A stretch of 63,900 nt of DNA, counting the filler, from Chiloscyllium plagiosum (Eukaryota): the NCBI RefSeq assembly GCF_004010195.1. It is 6 parts of one record of this genome, joined end to end, with 100 filler letters (N's around TTAATTAATTAA, not from the genome) between each part and the next. Parts side by side here need not be neighbours in the genome. Positions count along the whole stretch, not along the records: positions 1 to 14,258 come from NC_057710.1; positions 14,359 to 24,288 come from NC_057710.1; positions 24,389 to 33,974 come from NC_057710.1; 3 more parts are not named here. One strand, 5' to 3'. Position 1 is the first letter of the stretch, and every line of letters starts with the position of its first letter. Of the stretch, positions 12,121-25,479 are shown one piece after another. Below the pieces are notes generated by a model. That model had not been told where the DNA came from. It saw only the letters and a program-made list of their open reading frames with translations, and did not search any database. The translations under genes and the position numbers were made by a program.

Positions 12121-13289
12121 AACATTTTCAAATCCTTCGAACATCTTAAACACCACTTTGGGTTTAAATTCTGCAACAACAAATTCAGTTAATTAAAATC
12201 TGGAATATGAAACTCACCTTAGTGATGGTTACCATAACAACGATCATCGATAGTTGTGAAACCCTGCTGAGCCCACTTGCAATTCAGAACCCACAGCAAG
12301 GTGGTTGATTCTTAATTGCCCTTTGAAATGCCCTCTCAGACTATTCAGATTAAGAGCAATTAGAGATAGGCAGCAATTACTTTGACAGCGATGCCCACAT
12401 CCCATGGGAAAAAGTTTGAAAAACCTCTATCAGGTCACTGCGTTATCTTCTATATTCTATGTGGCTACAAGACTAGTCTATGCTTGTTCTCATAATTTAG
12501 TCCTGATATTGTAATGGTGAAGTACACTGCAATGTTTTGAGACAGGAAACTTTCTTGAGGTGCAGTACTTTGATCTAAATGTGACAGTACTGTCGCTTCA
12601 ATCTGGAGCATAACTTCCATCCTTCTGCATGTGAGCCCGAAATGAAAAGGCTAACATCTCATTTGACTTTTTTGAATAATTTTTGTACACCAAACATTTA
12701 TTTTGCTTCATATATGACTCCTTAAATCGGTCTTCTCCACAGTTCCTCGCTTGTTATTATTCATCAAACTATAAGTCAATCTTTCTGAGGTCCAACATGT
12801 ACCCAAGTTAAACTCCATCTGGTACAGTATTGCCTATATATTTAATCCATCAATGTCCTGTTACAGTCTCTGCTCCCATCTACACTATTTATTGTGACAT
12901 CTAATTTGGAGACAAGTCTTTCCAAGCTTTCATCTAAACATAAAATTGCAGTGCCAGGTTCCCTTACTTATTTAATCAGAATCACAGTTTGAAATAATGA
13001 GGGCACAGGAAGTAAAAAGCTAGAGCAGGAAAGATCTCTATTATGCACTGTCCCTCACTATAACTATAGTGATACCTGTGGTACCATTACCGGGAATGTT
13101 GCTCATACAAGGCTAGTCCAGAATAAAGTAATTGCGTTTTCACTGAGTATCTGTCTGCCATTCAGTATATTAGCCATCAATATGCTGGACATCAGACCAT
13201 CATTCAATGACAAAGACGGCCAGGCAGATGTTCTAACACTGATTGGAATCTGTACTCACTGAGTAAAATGATGTTTGGATTTACTTGTG

Positions 13290-13560
13290 AGTCATAGAGA
13301 TCTACTGCATTGAAACAGGTCCTTCGGCCCAACTTTCCCATGCCACCCAGTTTTCACAATTTAAACTAATCCCATTTGTCGACATTTGGTCTGAATTTCT
13401 CCATACCATCCCATCTACGTACCCATCCAAATGTTTCTTAAATTACGAAATTACTCGCTTCCACCACTACCTCAGGCAGCCCATTCCAGACACTCACCAC
13501 TCTCTCTGTGAAGAAAATTGTCCATTTGGATCCTTTTGTATCTCTCCCCTTCACCTTAAA
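13290..13560 (-). mobile_element. CR1 LINE 3' end fragment
   Basis: GAGTCATAGAGATCTACTGCATTGAAACAGGTCCTTCGGCCCAA tail (reverse complement) and ORF2 C-terminal remnant. Confidence 0.75.
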
Positions 13561-13827
13561 CCAAATTAAGTCAATAAACCAAATGGATCAAGACTACCCA
13601 CTTGTTCAAATGAGCTTTCAAATGCCTATCCCTTCAAGAGGTCTAACTGAACACCACCACCTGTTTTGAAAACACATGCTGCTTCTCCTCATTCTTCAAG
13701 AAGAAGGCCCAAAACTAGTGGAGGATCTGCATTAACAATGTGAAATCATTTTTTTAATAGACAAAACCTGAGAGGCAGAACGGAGTCGAAGTGTGTGATG
13801 AATTGTGTTTGCTTGTATCTGTATTTA

Positions 13828-13895
13828 CGGAGGAACCTCGATTATATGAAGGACACGGACAAGCAGTATTTTGTTGGGTTAATCGAATTCCGGAT
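13828..13895 (+). mobile_element. Left end of a pogo/Tigger-like transposon, cut by a CR1 insertion
   Basis: TA|CGGAGGAACCTCGATTATATGAA resembles the terminal inverted repeat at 49688 and 36831. Confidence 0.6.
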
Positions 13896-14258
13896 GAACA
13901 CAGAACATAGAACATAGAACATAGAACAATACAGCACAGAACAGGCCCTTCGGCCCACGATGTTGTGCCAAACATTTGTCCTAGCTTAAGCACCCATCCA
14001 TGTACCTATCCAACTGCCGCTTAAAGGTCACCAAAGATTCTGACTCTACCACTCCCACAGGCAGCGCATTCCATGCCCCCACCACTCTCTGGGTAAAGAA
14101 CCCACCCCTGACATCTCCCCTATACCTTCCACCCTTCACCTTAAATTTATGTCCCCTTGTAACACTCGGTTGTGCCCGGGGAAAAAGTTTCTGACTGTCT
14201 ACTCTACCTATTCCTCTGATCATCTTATAAACCTCGATCAAGTCACCCCTCATCCTTC
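13896..14258 (-). mobile_element. CR1 LINE 3' end with (TATGTTC)n tail
   Basis: ORF RGDLIEVYKMIRGIGRVDSQKLFPR...WNALP; near-identical to 33613-33974. Confidence 0.9.
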
Positions 14259-14358
14259 NNNNNNNNNNNNNNNNNNNNNNNNNNNNNNNNNNNNNNNNNN
14301 NNTTAATTAATTAANNNNNNNNNNNNNNNNNNNNNNNNNNNNNNNNNNNNNNNNNNNN
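14259..14358. other. Artificial 100-bp scaffold linker N44-TTAATTAATTAA-N44 (also 24289-24388, 33975-34074, 52723-52822, 61048-61147)
   Basis: Identical structure five times; the palindromic 12-mer has stop codons in all six frames. Confidence 0.97.
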
Positions 14359-14720
14359 TGGGGTGGGGGCGGAGAGGTTGGGAAGAAGATTGCAGGTTAG
14401 GAAGGCGGTGCTGAATTTGAATTCAGCACCGCCTTCCTAACCTGCAATCTTCTTCCCGACCTCTCCTCCCCCACCCCAGTCTGACCTATCACCCTCACCT
14501 TGACCTCTTTCCACCTATCACATTTCCGACGCCCCTCCCCCAAGTCCCTCCTCCCTATCTTTTATCTTAGCCTGCTGGACCAACTTTCCTCATTCCTGAA
14601 GAAGGGCTAATGCCCGAAACGTCGATTCTCCTGTTCCCTAGATGCTGCCTGACCTGCTGCGCTTTTCCAGCAACACATTTCCATCTCTGATCTCCAGCAT
14701 CTGCAGACCTCACTTTCTCT
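14359..14720 (+). mobile_element. Penelope-like element 3' end (family A) with inverted 5' portion and hammerhead motif at ~14592-14627
   Basis: Hairpin centred ~14418; CTGAAGA-A-GGGC-TAAT-GCCC-GAAA-C-GTC; terminal CTCCAGCATCTGCAGACCTCACTTTCTC. Confidence 0.75.
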
Positions 14721-14975
14721 TCAATCCCTTTAGCCTGATAACTATATCTAACACATTTTTTTGAAAATGTGCAATATTTTGGCCTCAGCATTTTCTGTGA
14801 CAGAGAATTCCATGGGCTCACCAATGTCTGGGTGAAGAGATTTCTCCTCCTCTCAGTCCTAACTGGCCTACCCTGCATCCTTAGACTGTGACTCCTAGTT
14901 CTGGACTCCCCAGTGATGGAGTCAAACAGCACAAAAACAGACTCTCCAGTACAACCAGTCTATGCTGACTATAAT

Positions 14976-15185
14976 GCTGAAAATGTGTTGCTGGAAAAGC
15001 GCAGCAGGTCAGGCAGCATCCAAGGAACAGGAGAATCGACGTTTCGGGCATAAGCCCTACTTCAGGAAGGGCTTATGCCCGAAACGTCGATTCTCCTGTT
15101 CCTTGGATGCTGCCTAACCTGCTGCGCTTTTCCAGCAACACATTTTCAGCTCTGATCTCCAGCATCTGCAGTCCTCACTTTCTCC
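14976..15185 (+). mobile_element. Fold-back Penelope-derived mini-element with 15-bp target-site duplication
   Basis: About 85-bp inverted arms; TATGCTGACTATAAT at 14961-14975 and 15186-15200. Confidence 0.85.
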
Positions 15186-15925
15186 TATGCTGACTATAAT
15201 CCCAAACGAAGCTAGTCCCACCTGCTTGCATTTGTCCCATATCCCTCCTAGTATTTTTTATTCATTTCCTTGTCTAAATCAGTCATTAGGAACATCCTTC
15301 CTGTGTTTTTTCTGTGTACATGCGTTAGAATTTCAAATTTTACTATGAAATCCCTCTGCCCTTTCTTCAAACTGAAGTGAATATAGTCCTAAAATATCCA
15401 GTCTCTCTTCAAATGTCAAAGTAAGCCTGACAGATTCGTTAGGGTATTACCAGGCAGTACAAAGTGTGATCCATAATAGTGGCAGTGGTATGAAGTCAGT
15501 TCAGTTGAACACTGATCCATGAGGTCTGATCATGAATTCTGATTGATAATGGTGCCATCAGTGCGGGTAAATGGCGTTGAAATGCCCATCAGCCATGATT
15601 GAATGGCAGAGTGGACTTGGTGGCCGAATGGCCTTACTCCCACTCCTATTTCTTATGGTCTTATGGTCACTGTGTCTGTTTGATCATGGAATTCAACCCG
15701 TCTCTTGATGTACACACTGCCTGGTTATTTGTTTTTCTGTGGTGTGACAATACTTGTTAGCTTCCTTCAGTCTTGCCGGCAAGCCAGGAGTCCCCAGATG
15801 TTGGCACAGAAAGAGCCCATTCCTCGGTGGGCTGATGGGTGATGGCACTCCCTAGGGACTAATCCTTATGTTGACACTGCTTCCTTTCCCTGGAATGTAA
15901 TATGCAGCCTCCCAACCCCATTCAG

Positions 15926-16116
15926 GTCCACTCTATGTCATCGTGGAGTATGCATCGAAAGGCAACTTGAGGGAATACCTGAAAGCCCGACGACCGCCTG
16001 GCATGGACTATTCTTTCGACACTTGCAAAGTGCCAGATGAGCAGCTCACCTTCAAGGATCTCATATCTTGTGCCTACCAGGTGGCACGCGGCATGGAATA
16101 CCTGGCTTCTCAAAAG
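15926..16116 (+). CDS. FGFR3: FGFR3 kinase-domain exon (191 bp): (G)[63 protein letters not shown]
   Basis: ttcag|GT...AAG|gtga; the kinase insert DYSFDTCK is typical of FGFR3. Confidence 0.96.
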
Positions 16117-17238
16117 GTGAATACTCAGTCACTTCCTCAGCCTATTCTCTTTTGCAAGCTGTGGTAGACATGATGTAGACACATTGAAAATCTCCATAGG
16201 AGAAGGGAGTAAGCCATTCAGTCCAGCAGGGTAGAGCACTCCAGGAGCATTTCCAAGTATTTTGTTCTCAATGCAGATATGTCGACACTATTCTGCAGGA
16301 AACTGAAGGTCTTGGCCAAGAAGCTATTCCTCATAGAACAAAGACAGAAACTGCTGATGGAGCAAGTCATGTAGCATCTGTAGGAGAGAAAAGCAAAACT
16401 GTGGACCCTTCTGTCAGTTGCTGACTTGCCTGCTGAGGTTTTGTCTCAGAATCTGTTGTTGGTTTTAGCTGACCTGCCCACAGACCCAGAGGAAGACTGT
16501 GTCCTCATTAGAAAAGTGGATGGATGCAGTGAATGTCACATTCCCTTACCCTGCTCCATACTATGTAATTTACAGTGGGCTAGTACAGCCTGCCTGAAAC
16601 AGAAGGGAGGCATGTCCTGATAGTGACCCAGGATGATAGCAGCAATAGCGAGAGTGGACTGTAATTAGAATACATACAGAGGATGGCAGACTAAGGCCTC
16701 AGGAGTCATGGAAATGAAACCTGGCAAAGTAAGTCAGGGTGGGATGGAGGCCTAAGAGATTTTGAGGCCAAGGGAAACATTCCTGCATCCCTCAAGGGCC
16801 CACAATGAATTTAGAAATATGGCCATCATCTGCTGGTGGCTTTCACCGGTGACATCAAGGTGCTGCCCTGGCTAGTCCACGATCAAAATGGCGGCACTTC
16901 CCAGAGACCTCATCTAAGACAGGTGGCTTTGCCGTGCCTGAATTCGATTGCGAAGGGGTTGGGGGAATGTCTTTGGATTTTTAAAAGTCAAATCATCGAC
17001 GTATAAGACAACTGTAATTAATCTAATTTATAACCCTGAGCTACACACGGTTACCAAAACAGAAATTTTAAAAATTGAGTGTTAATGGACTCAAATGTTC
17101 ATAATCAGCAGCTCTGACACAGGGAGCAGAGGCATAATAGATGGAGAAATGTGAACGCTGTGCTGACTGAATGGTTTATTTTCTTTCCTCTGGTAAACAG
17201 TTTAATTGTTCTGTTTGGGGAATTTGTTTTCCGGTTAG

Positions 17239-17367
<129 letters not shown>

Positions 17368-17473
17368 TAAAACAGCAGCCTATTACGTATGGTGGAGGCT
17401 AAAGTGACTGGTGGTGGCAGCTGGAGGGAGCATTAGGTGATTGGGAGCGGCTGAACAGGCTGCAGCTGGTTCG

Positions 17474-17612
17474 ATTAGATTAGATTCCCTACAGTGTGGA
17501 AACAGGCCATTTGGCCCAACAAGTCCAGACCAACCCTCCAAAGAGTAACCCACCCAGACCTATTTCCTTCTGACTAATACAATAACACAATCACCTGACC
17601 TGCACATCTTTG
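17474..17612 (-). mobile_element. HE1 SINE 3' fragment
   Basis: (ATTAG)n tail plus ACAGTGTGGAAACAGGCC...CACCTGACCTGCACATCTTTGG. Confidence 0.75.
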
Positions 17613-17747
17613 GCTAAAAGACCTGAAGAAAGAGAAGGCCAAGGGGTGACCAGATAGAGGCCTTTTAGATTATGAAAAGGTAAATGTTGAGATAGTGTTT
17701 TGAAATGACCAGATTTAGGACGATAGATATGAAATAATCACGCCTGT

Positions 17748-18071
17748 GGGCGGCATGCTAGCTCAGTGGTTAGCACTGCTGCCTCAGCACCAGGGACCTG
17801 GGTTTAATTCGTGCCTTGGGCGACTGTCTGTATGGAGTTTGCACGTTCTCCCCGTGTCTGCATGGGTTTCCTCTGGGTGCTCCAGTTTCCTCCCACAATC
17901 CAAAGATGTGCAGGTCAGGTGAACTGGCCATGCTAAATTGCGCACAGTGATAGGGTGCATTAGTCAGGGGTAAATGTGGGGAGATGGGGCTGGGTGGGTT
18001 ACTCTGCAGAGAGTCGGTGTGGACTTGTTGGGCTGAAGGGCCTGAATCCATACTGTAGGGAATCTAATCTA
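17748..18071 (+). mobile_element. HE1-type SINE, full length
   Basis: GGGCGGCATGCTAGCTCAGTGGTTAGCACTGCTGCCTCA...GAATCTAATCTA. Confidence 0.88.
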
Positions 18072-18284
18072 AAGAAAACTAGTCAATCCAATAAGATACA
18101 CAGGGAAAGCATCATATTTAGAGAATGGTTTGAATTTGGAACTTGCCATAACATACATTAGTTGAAGTAAATTGTACTGAAAGCTATATAAGCACAAAAA
18201 AGAGAAAGAGGCAGAAGGATATTTTGATGGGATTTTGAAGAGGGGTGGAAAATGACTTATGTGGAGGATAGATACCAGCTCAGG

Positions 18285-18585
18285 TGGGACGGTGGCTCAG
18301 TGGTTAGTACTGCTGCCTCACAGCACCAGACCTGGGTTCGATTCCAGCCTCGGGCAACTGTGTGGAGTTTGCACATTCTCCCCTGACTGCATGGGTTTGC
18401 TCTGGTTTCCTTCTGCAGTCACAAAGGTGTGCAGGTCAGGTGGATTGGCCATGCTCCAGGATGTTTGGATTAGCTATGGGAAATGTAGGATTATGGAGAT
18501 AAGGTGGGGTTTTCTATGGTGGATCAGTGCAGATTCAATGGGCTGAATGGCCTCCTTCTGTACTGTAGGTGTTCGTGATTCTATG
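18285..18585 (+). mobile_element. HE1-related SINE
   Basis: tRNA-like head, central domain, tail GGGCTGAATGGCCTCCTTCTGTACTGTAG. Confidence 0.8.
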
Positions 18586-18701
18586 GACTCATTTCCATAT
18601 CATGCACTGTGTTTTTAATCCTATCTGTAGTAATTGTAGCTGGTTAAAAAATAAAATGATTGCAATCCGGTTAGTGCCTTTGTAGCTGCCTGAATGTGTG
18701 A

Positions 18702-18806
<105 letters not shown>

Positions 18807-19167
18807 TAAGTGCTGCCCATTAGAAATGCTTTTTATTTAAAAATCAACTTAGCTCTTCCTAAAATGCGTTGGTCCTTTTGTAAAGGAAAGTGACAATAGT
18901 CAGATTTGGCTCCATGACTTGCTTCCCATTGTGCAGTCTAGGGAAACGCACTTGGAGAAAAAGAATGTCATTAGTTCTGCTCCAGGGTCTTGGCAGGAGA
19001 GTGGCCAAGTTATAAACAGCCTGTCAACTATCTGATTAACTGGTCATTTTAATTCCAGCATTTGCGTGCACTGATCTTTTCTGTGATTGAAGGGATCACT
19101 CCAAGTAACTAGAAAAGAGTTTATTCAATTAAGTCACGCCATTGATAACTATGTTAACCACGCATGA

Positions 19168-19380
<213 letters not shown>

Positions 19381-19477
19381 TAAGCAGTAGCCCATTATTC
19401 CAATCCACATCGCTAAATTGTTGACTTAACATTGCAAAACGTAGCTTGCTGCTTTGCGAGAAAGTGTCAGGATATTG

Positions 19478-19778
19478 TGGGGTGGCTCAGTGGTTAGCAT
19501 TGCTGCCTCACAGTGCCAGGGGCCAGGGTTTGATTCCAGCGTTGGGTGATTGTCTGCGTGGATTTTCTCCGGGTGCTCCGATTTCCTCCCACAATCCAAA
19601 GATGTGCAGGTTAGGTGAATTGGTCATGCTAAGTTGCCCATAGTGTTCAGGAATGTATAGGTTAGGTGCATTAGTCAGGGGTACATGGAGAGGAATGGGT
19701 CTGGGTGGGATACTCTTCAGAGGGTCGGTATGGACTTGTTGTGCCGAAGGACCTGTTTGCACGCTGTAGGGATTCTAT
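19478..19778 (+). mobile_element. HE1-type SINE
   Basis: GTGGCTCAGTGGTTAGCATTGCTGCCTCACAG...TGTAGGGATTCTATG. Confidence 0.85.
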
Positions 19779-20219
19779 GTTAGCAGCTTTCACTTGGGGC
19801 ATTAGTTGAATTGTTTATGTTTCTTTGTTTTTGTTACTGCATGAAGTCTCTCTCTACATTTATAGGGATTTTACTTTCTTTTCATATCTGCATATCATTC
19901 CCTGAATGGCATTACAGAGGAGCCCTCTCCCTGGGCTACTTGCACTGATAGACCCTCGCAAGAGCTACTGCAGGAGATGTAAATAACGTAACTACTAACA
20001 ACCTACATCCTCAATACAGTAAAATAATCCACACCCACAATAGAGTAAAATAATCCCCAATGGTTAAATAATCGACATCCCCAACATCGTCAGATATTTT
20101 ATAAATATATTAAAGAGAAAAGGTTAACCAGGGAAAGAGCTGGGGGCCCATCTGTGTGTGAAGCTGCAGGATATTGGAAGCGTGTTGAATGATTTGAGCC
20201 TTCACTCTGGAAAGGGAGA

Positions 20220-23200
20220 ACGTAGATAGAAACATAGAAAAGTACAGCACAGAACAGGCCCTTAGGCCCACGATGTTGTGCCAAGATTTAATCCTAATGT
20301 AAAATATAGAAACAACCTACACACCCCTCAACTCACTGCTATCCATGTGCATGTCCAGCAGTTGCTTAAATGTCCCCAGTAACCCTGCTTCCACCACCAC
20401 AGCTGGCCAGGCATTCCATGCATTCACAACTCTCTGCGTAAAGAACCTACCTCTGACATCTCCTTTATACCTTCCTCCTAATATCTTCAAACTATGACCC
20501 TCGTACCAGTCAATCCTGCCTTGGGAAAAGTCTCTGGCTATTGACTCTATCCATTATTTTGTACACCTCTATCAGGTCTCCTCTCTTCCTCCTTCTCTCC
20601 AGAGAGAAAACTCCAAAGCCTCTGTATCTTTCCTATAGTAGGGCGACCAGAACTGGACACAATATTCCAAGTGTGGCCTCACCAAGGACTTGTAGAGCTG
20701 CAGTAAAACCTCACTGCTCTTAAACTCTATCCCCCTGTTGATGAAAGCCAAAATACCATATGCTTTCTTATCCACTTGGGTGGCAACTTTGAGGGATCTA
20801 TGTACCTGCACACACAGATCCCTCTGTTCCTCCACACTGCCAAGAATCGTGTCTTTAATCCTATATTCAACATTCGAGTTCGACTTTCCAAAATGCGTCA
20901 CTTCGCATTTATCCAGGCTGAACTCCATCTGCCATTTCTCAGCCCAGCTCTGCATTCTGTCTATGTTGCGCTGCAGCCTGCAATAGCCCTCTATATTATC
21001 GACGACACCTCCAACCTTTGTGTCATCTGCAAATTTACTAACCCATCCCTCAACCTCCTCATCCAAGTCATTTGTAAAAACTACAAAGAGCAGAGGCCCA
21101 AGTGCAGAGCCCTGCGGGACCCCACTCAACACTGACCTCCAGGCAGAATACTTTCCATCTACAACCCCTCTCTGCCTTCTGTCAGCCAGCCAATTCTGAA
21201 TCCAGATAGCCAAACTTCCTGACCTTATAGATGAGCCTACCATGGGGAACCCTATCAAATGCATATACACCACATCCACTTCTCGACCGTTGTCAACCTG
21301 TCTTGACACCTCCTCAAAGAACTCAATAAGATTTGTGAGGCATGACCTGCCCCTAATAAAGCCAAGCTGACTGCCTCTAATCACACTATGCCTTGCTAAA
21401 TAGTCATAAATCCTATCCCTCAGAATTCTTTCCAAAACTTTGCTGACCACAGACATAAGACTGACTGACCTGTAATTGCCAGCGATTTCCCTATTACCCT
21501 TCTTGAAAAGAGGAACAACAATCGCTTCCTTCCAATCCTCCGGTACGACTCCCGTGGAGAGTGAGGAAGCAAATATCCTCGCCAGCGGCTTAGCAACCTC
21601 CTTTCTCGCTTCCCGGAGCAGCCTAGGGTAAATCTGGTCTGGACCTGGGGACTTATCAGTCTTAATGTTTTCCAAGATTTCTAGCACATCAACTTCATCA
21701 ATCTTCACCTGATTAAGACTGTATCCAGCTCCTCTAAGTTTTCATTTATAACAAGTTCCCTTTCCTTGATGAAAACCGAAGCAAAAAACTCATTTAGGGC
21801 TTCTCTATCTGCTCAGACTCCACGCACAAGTTCCCTCCGCTATCCCTGATCGGCCCAACCTTCTCCCTGATCATTCTCTTATTCCTCATGTATGAGTAAA
21901 TCACCTTTGGGTTCTCCCTAATCCTTCCTGCCAAGCCTTTTTCATGCTCCCTCCTGGCTCTCCTCAGTCCATTTCTGAGCTCCTTTCTAGCAAGCCTGTA
22001 TTCCTCTAAAGCTGTGCTAGATCCTTGCTTGCTCCATCTTACATAAGCTGCCTTCTTCCTTTTGACGAGAAGCTCCTCTGTTCTCGTCATCCAAGGTGCC
22101 TTAATCTTACCCCTTCTTACCTGTCTCAGAGGAACAATTTTGTGCATCACTTGCAACAACTGCTCCTTAAGTAGTCTCTACATGTCTGCTGTGTCCTTTC
22201 TGTAGAACAATTGCTCCCAGTCTATACTTCCCAACTCCTGTCTGATAGCATCATAATTTCCTTTTCCCCAATTGAATATCTTCCCTCAGTAATTGCTCCT
22301 TTCACTTTCCTTGGTTATGCTAAATGTGAGGCAGTTGGGATCACTGTCACCAAAGTGCTCTCCCACCGAGAGATCTGACACCTGTCCTGGCTCGTTGCCG
22401 AGCACCAAATCCAAAATGGCCTCTCCCCTTGTTGGCCTGTCTACATACTGAGTAAGGAAACCCTCCTGAACACACCTGACAAAAACGCCTCCATCCAAAC
22501 CATCTACACTTAGGAGGTTCCAGTTGATATTGGGAAAGTTGAAATCACCCATAACAACAACCCTGCTACTTTTGCATTTCTCCAGAATCTGCCCGCCTAT
22601 GAGATCTTCAATCTCTCTACTGCTATTAGTGGGTCTGTAGAAAACCCCCAATGAGGTGGCTGTTCCCTTGCTGTTCCTAACTTCCACCCATACTGACTCA
22701 GTAGACAAACCATCGTTTCTGTAGCTGATGCACTCTCTGATTAGCAATGCTACACCCCCTCCTCTTTTTCCACCCTCCCTGTTCTTTTTGAACATTCTAA
22801 ACTCTGGGACATCAAGCAACCATTACTGTCCCTGTGGCACCCACGTCTCCGTTATGGCCACAACATCGTAGTCCCACGTACTGATCCATGCTCTAAGTTT
22901 GTCACTCTTATTTCGGACACTCCTTGCATTAAAGCAGACACGCTTTAACCGATCCCTTTGTTTCATCGCGTGAAAAACCTTCATTTTAGCTTCAATATAT
23001 CCTGTCACTGTCACGTCCGCAACTGACCCCCTCTCAGACCTCTCTGGTTCCCTCCCCCTGCCAAATTAGTTTAAACCCTCCCGAATCACACGAACAAATC
23101 TCCCACCCAGGACATTTGTACCCCTCCAGTTCAGGTGCAACCCATCCTTCATGTACAGGTCCCACCTTCCCCAGAAGGTATCCCAATGGTCTAGATATCT

Positions 23201-23562
23201 GAAGCCCTCCCTCCCACACCAGCCTCACAGCCATATGTTAAGCTGCATTCGCTGACTGTTCCTCATCTCACTGTCTAATGGCACCGGTAGCAAACCTGAA
23301 ATCACTACTCTATTCGTCCTGCTCTTCAGCTTCCAACCTAGCGCTCTGTAGTCACTTTTCAGATCCTCAATCCCTTCCCTGGCTGTATCATTGGTGCCAT
23401 TATGTACCACAATTTCTGGCTGCTCCCCCTCCCCTTTCAGAATCTTGTAAACCCGATCGGCAACATCCCAGACCCTGGCACCAGGGAGGCAACATACCTT
23501 CCGGGAGTCCCGTTCCTGACCACAAAATCTCCTGTCAATCCGTCTGACTATTGAGTCCCCTA
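20220..23562 (-). mobile_element. Large CR1 LINE, disrupted: ORF1 SGNH-esterase part, APE endonuclease, reverse transcriptase, 3' tail
   Basis: VGDSIVR...HNGTND (23225-23562); FNARSVRNK...AITETW, VMGDFNFPNINW, FGDSD (22286-23014); KSPGPD, GVPQGSALGP, FADDTK (20572-21708); stops, frameshifts and deletions. Confidence 0.93.
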
Positions 23563-24288
23563 CCATAGAGTCATAGAGATGTACAGCATGGAAACAGACC
23601 CTTCGGTCCAACCCGTCCATGCCGACTAGATATCCCAACCCCATCGAGTCCCACCTGCCAGCACCCATCCCATATCCCTCCAAACTCTTTCTATTCATAT
23701 ACCCATCCAAATGCCTCTTAAAAGTTGCAATTGTATCAGCTTCCACCACTTCCTCTGGCAGCTCATTCAATACACATACCTCCCTCTGCATGAAAAAGTT
23801 GCCCCTTAGGTCTCTTTTATATCTTTCACCTCTCACTCTAAACCTATGCCCTCTAGTTCTGGACTCCCCCACCCCAGGGAAAAGACTTTGTCTATTTATC
23901 CTATCCATGCCCCTCATAATTTTGTAAACCCTATAAGATCACCACTCAGCCTCCGGCGCTCCAGGGAAAACAGCCCCAGCCTGTTCAGCCTCTCCCTTTA
24001 GCTCAAATCCTCCAACCCTGGCAACATCCTTGTAAATCTTTTCTGAACACTTTCAAGTTTCACAACATCTTTCCAATAGGAAGGAGACCAGAATTGCATG
24101 CAGTATTCCAACGATGGCCTAACTAATGTCCTGTACAGCCGCAACATGACCTGCCAACACCTGTACTCAATACTCTGACCAATAAAGGAAAGCATACCAA
24201 ATGCCATCTTCACTATCCTATCTCCCTGCGACTCCACTTTCAAGGAGCTATGAACCTGCACTCCAAGGTCTCTTTGTTCAGCAACACT
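23563..24288 (-). mobile_element. Second CR1 3' portion abutting ORF1 of the first copy
   Basis: Tail ATAGAGTCATAGAGATGTACAGCATGGAAACAGACCCTTCGG; LYRTLVRPSLEYCMQFWSP. Confidence 0.88.
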
Positions 24289-24388
24289 NNNNNNNNNNNN
24301 NNNNNNNNNNNNNNNNNNNNNNNNNNNNNNNNTTAATTAATTAANNNNNNNNNNNNNNNNNNNNNNNNNNNNNNNNNNNNNNNNNNNN

Positions 24389-25200
24389 TCCTCTCTATCT
24401 AAACCTTTAACACTATGGCAGTCCCAGTCAATGTTTGGAAAGTTAAAATCCCCTACCATAACCACCCTATTATTCTTACAGATAGCTGAGATCTCCTTAC
24501 AAGTTTGTTTCTCAATTTCCCTCTGACTATTGGGGGGTCTATAATACAATCCCAATAAAGTGATGATCCCTTTCTTATTTCTTGCGAACGCTTTTCTATC
24601 TTCCCCCTTCCTTTCTGAGCCACAGTGCCAGGCTCAGTGCCAGAGACCTGACAACTGTGGCTTACCCCTGGTAGGCCGTCCCCACCGGCAGTATCCAAAA
24701 CGGTATACTTATTGCTGAGAGGAACGGCCACAGGGGATCCCTGCTCTGACCTTTCTTCCCCCTGACAGTAACCAAGCTGTCCTTACCCTGTGTCTGGGGA
24801 GTAACCACCTCTCTGTATATCCTCTCAATTTCCCCCTCAGCCTCCTGGATGATCCGTATCATCCAGCTCCAGCTCCAGTTCCCTAACTCAGTTTTTGAGG
24901 AGCTGGAGTTGGGTGCACTTCCTGCAGATGTAGTCAGCAGAGACATGTGAAGTGTCTCTCACCTGCCACATTCTGCAGGAGGAACATACAGCTGCCCTAA
25001 TGTCCATAACTCGTTACTCTGATAGCCTGCACAGAACTAAACAAAGGAAGAGAAGGAAAAACAAAGAAACCTGAAAACTTACCTCGTTTCCAGACTCTTA
25101 GTAAGGTTAGTGGAGGTCGGTGGGAGGGACGCCCTATGGTGTAGGGTCTCGGGTTTATATCTCACCCACTTAAAAACCTTCCCAGAAGTCCTTTGCTCCT
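24389..25200 (-). mobile_element. CR1 fragments: APE endonuclease piece and ORF1 N-terminal/5' region
   Basis: GLYYRPPNSQREIE...VGDFNFPNIDW; VPLSNKYTVLDT. Confidence 0.75.
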
Positions 25201-25479
25201 CCCTCGCACCTCTCGGCAAATGTCCCACGTGCCCTTTTTAGCTATCTTATTTACGTGCTCTGCTTACTTCTGGGATTTGTAAATAATTACCCCAAGATCC
25301 CTCTGTTCCTCTAAGCTACCCAGTGTCCTGCCATTCATTACATACTCCCCTTTCCTTGTTTCTTCTCCCAAAGTGCATCACATCGGGGTGATGCACTTAT
25401 CAGGGTTATCAGAGTTTCTGCCACTCATCTGACCATCCCAGGAGGTTGGTCAATGAGGTTGGTCAACCAACCCAACGTA

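Noticed and set aside
14303..14314. TTAATTAATTAA as a biological motif
   Set aside because: It is always centred in exactly 44+44 N, so it is an artificial six-frame-stop linker.
7356..15925. Upstream FGFR3 exon (DDATDKDLSDLVSEMEMMK...)
   Set aside because: Not found by eye; it is presumably upstream of the window or in a gap.
17748..17820. tRNA genes at SINE heads
   Set aside because: The A/B boxes continue into SINE body and LINE tail; no complete cloverleaf.
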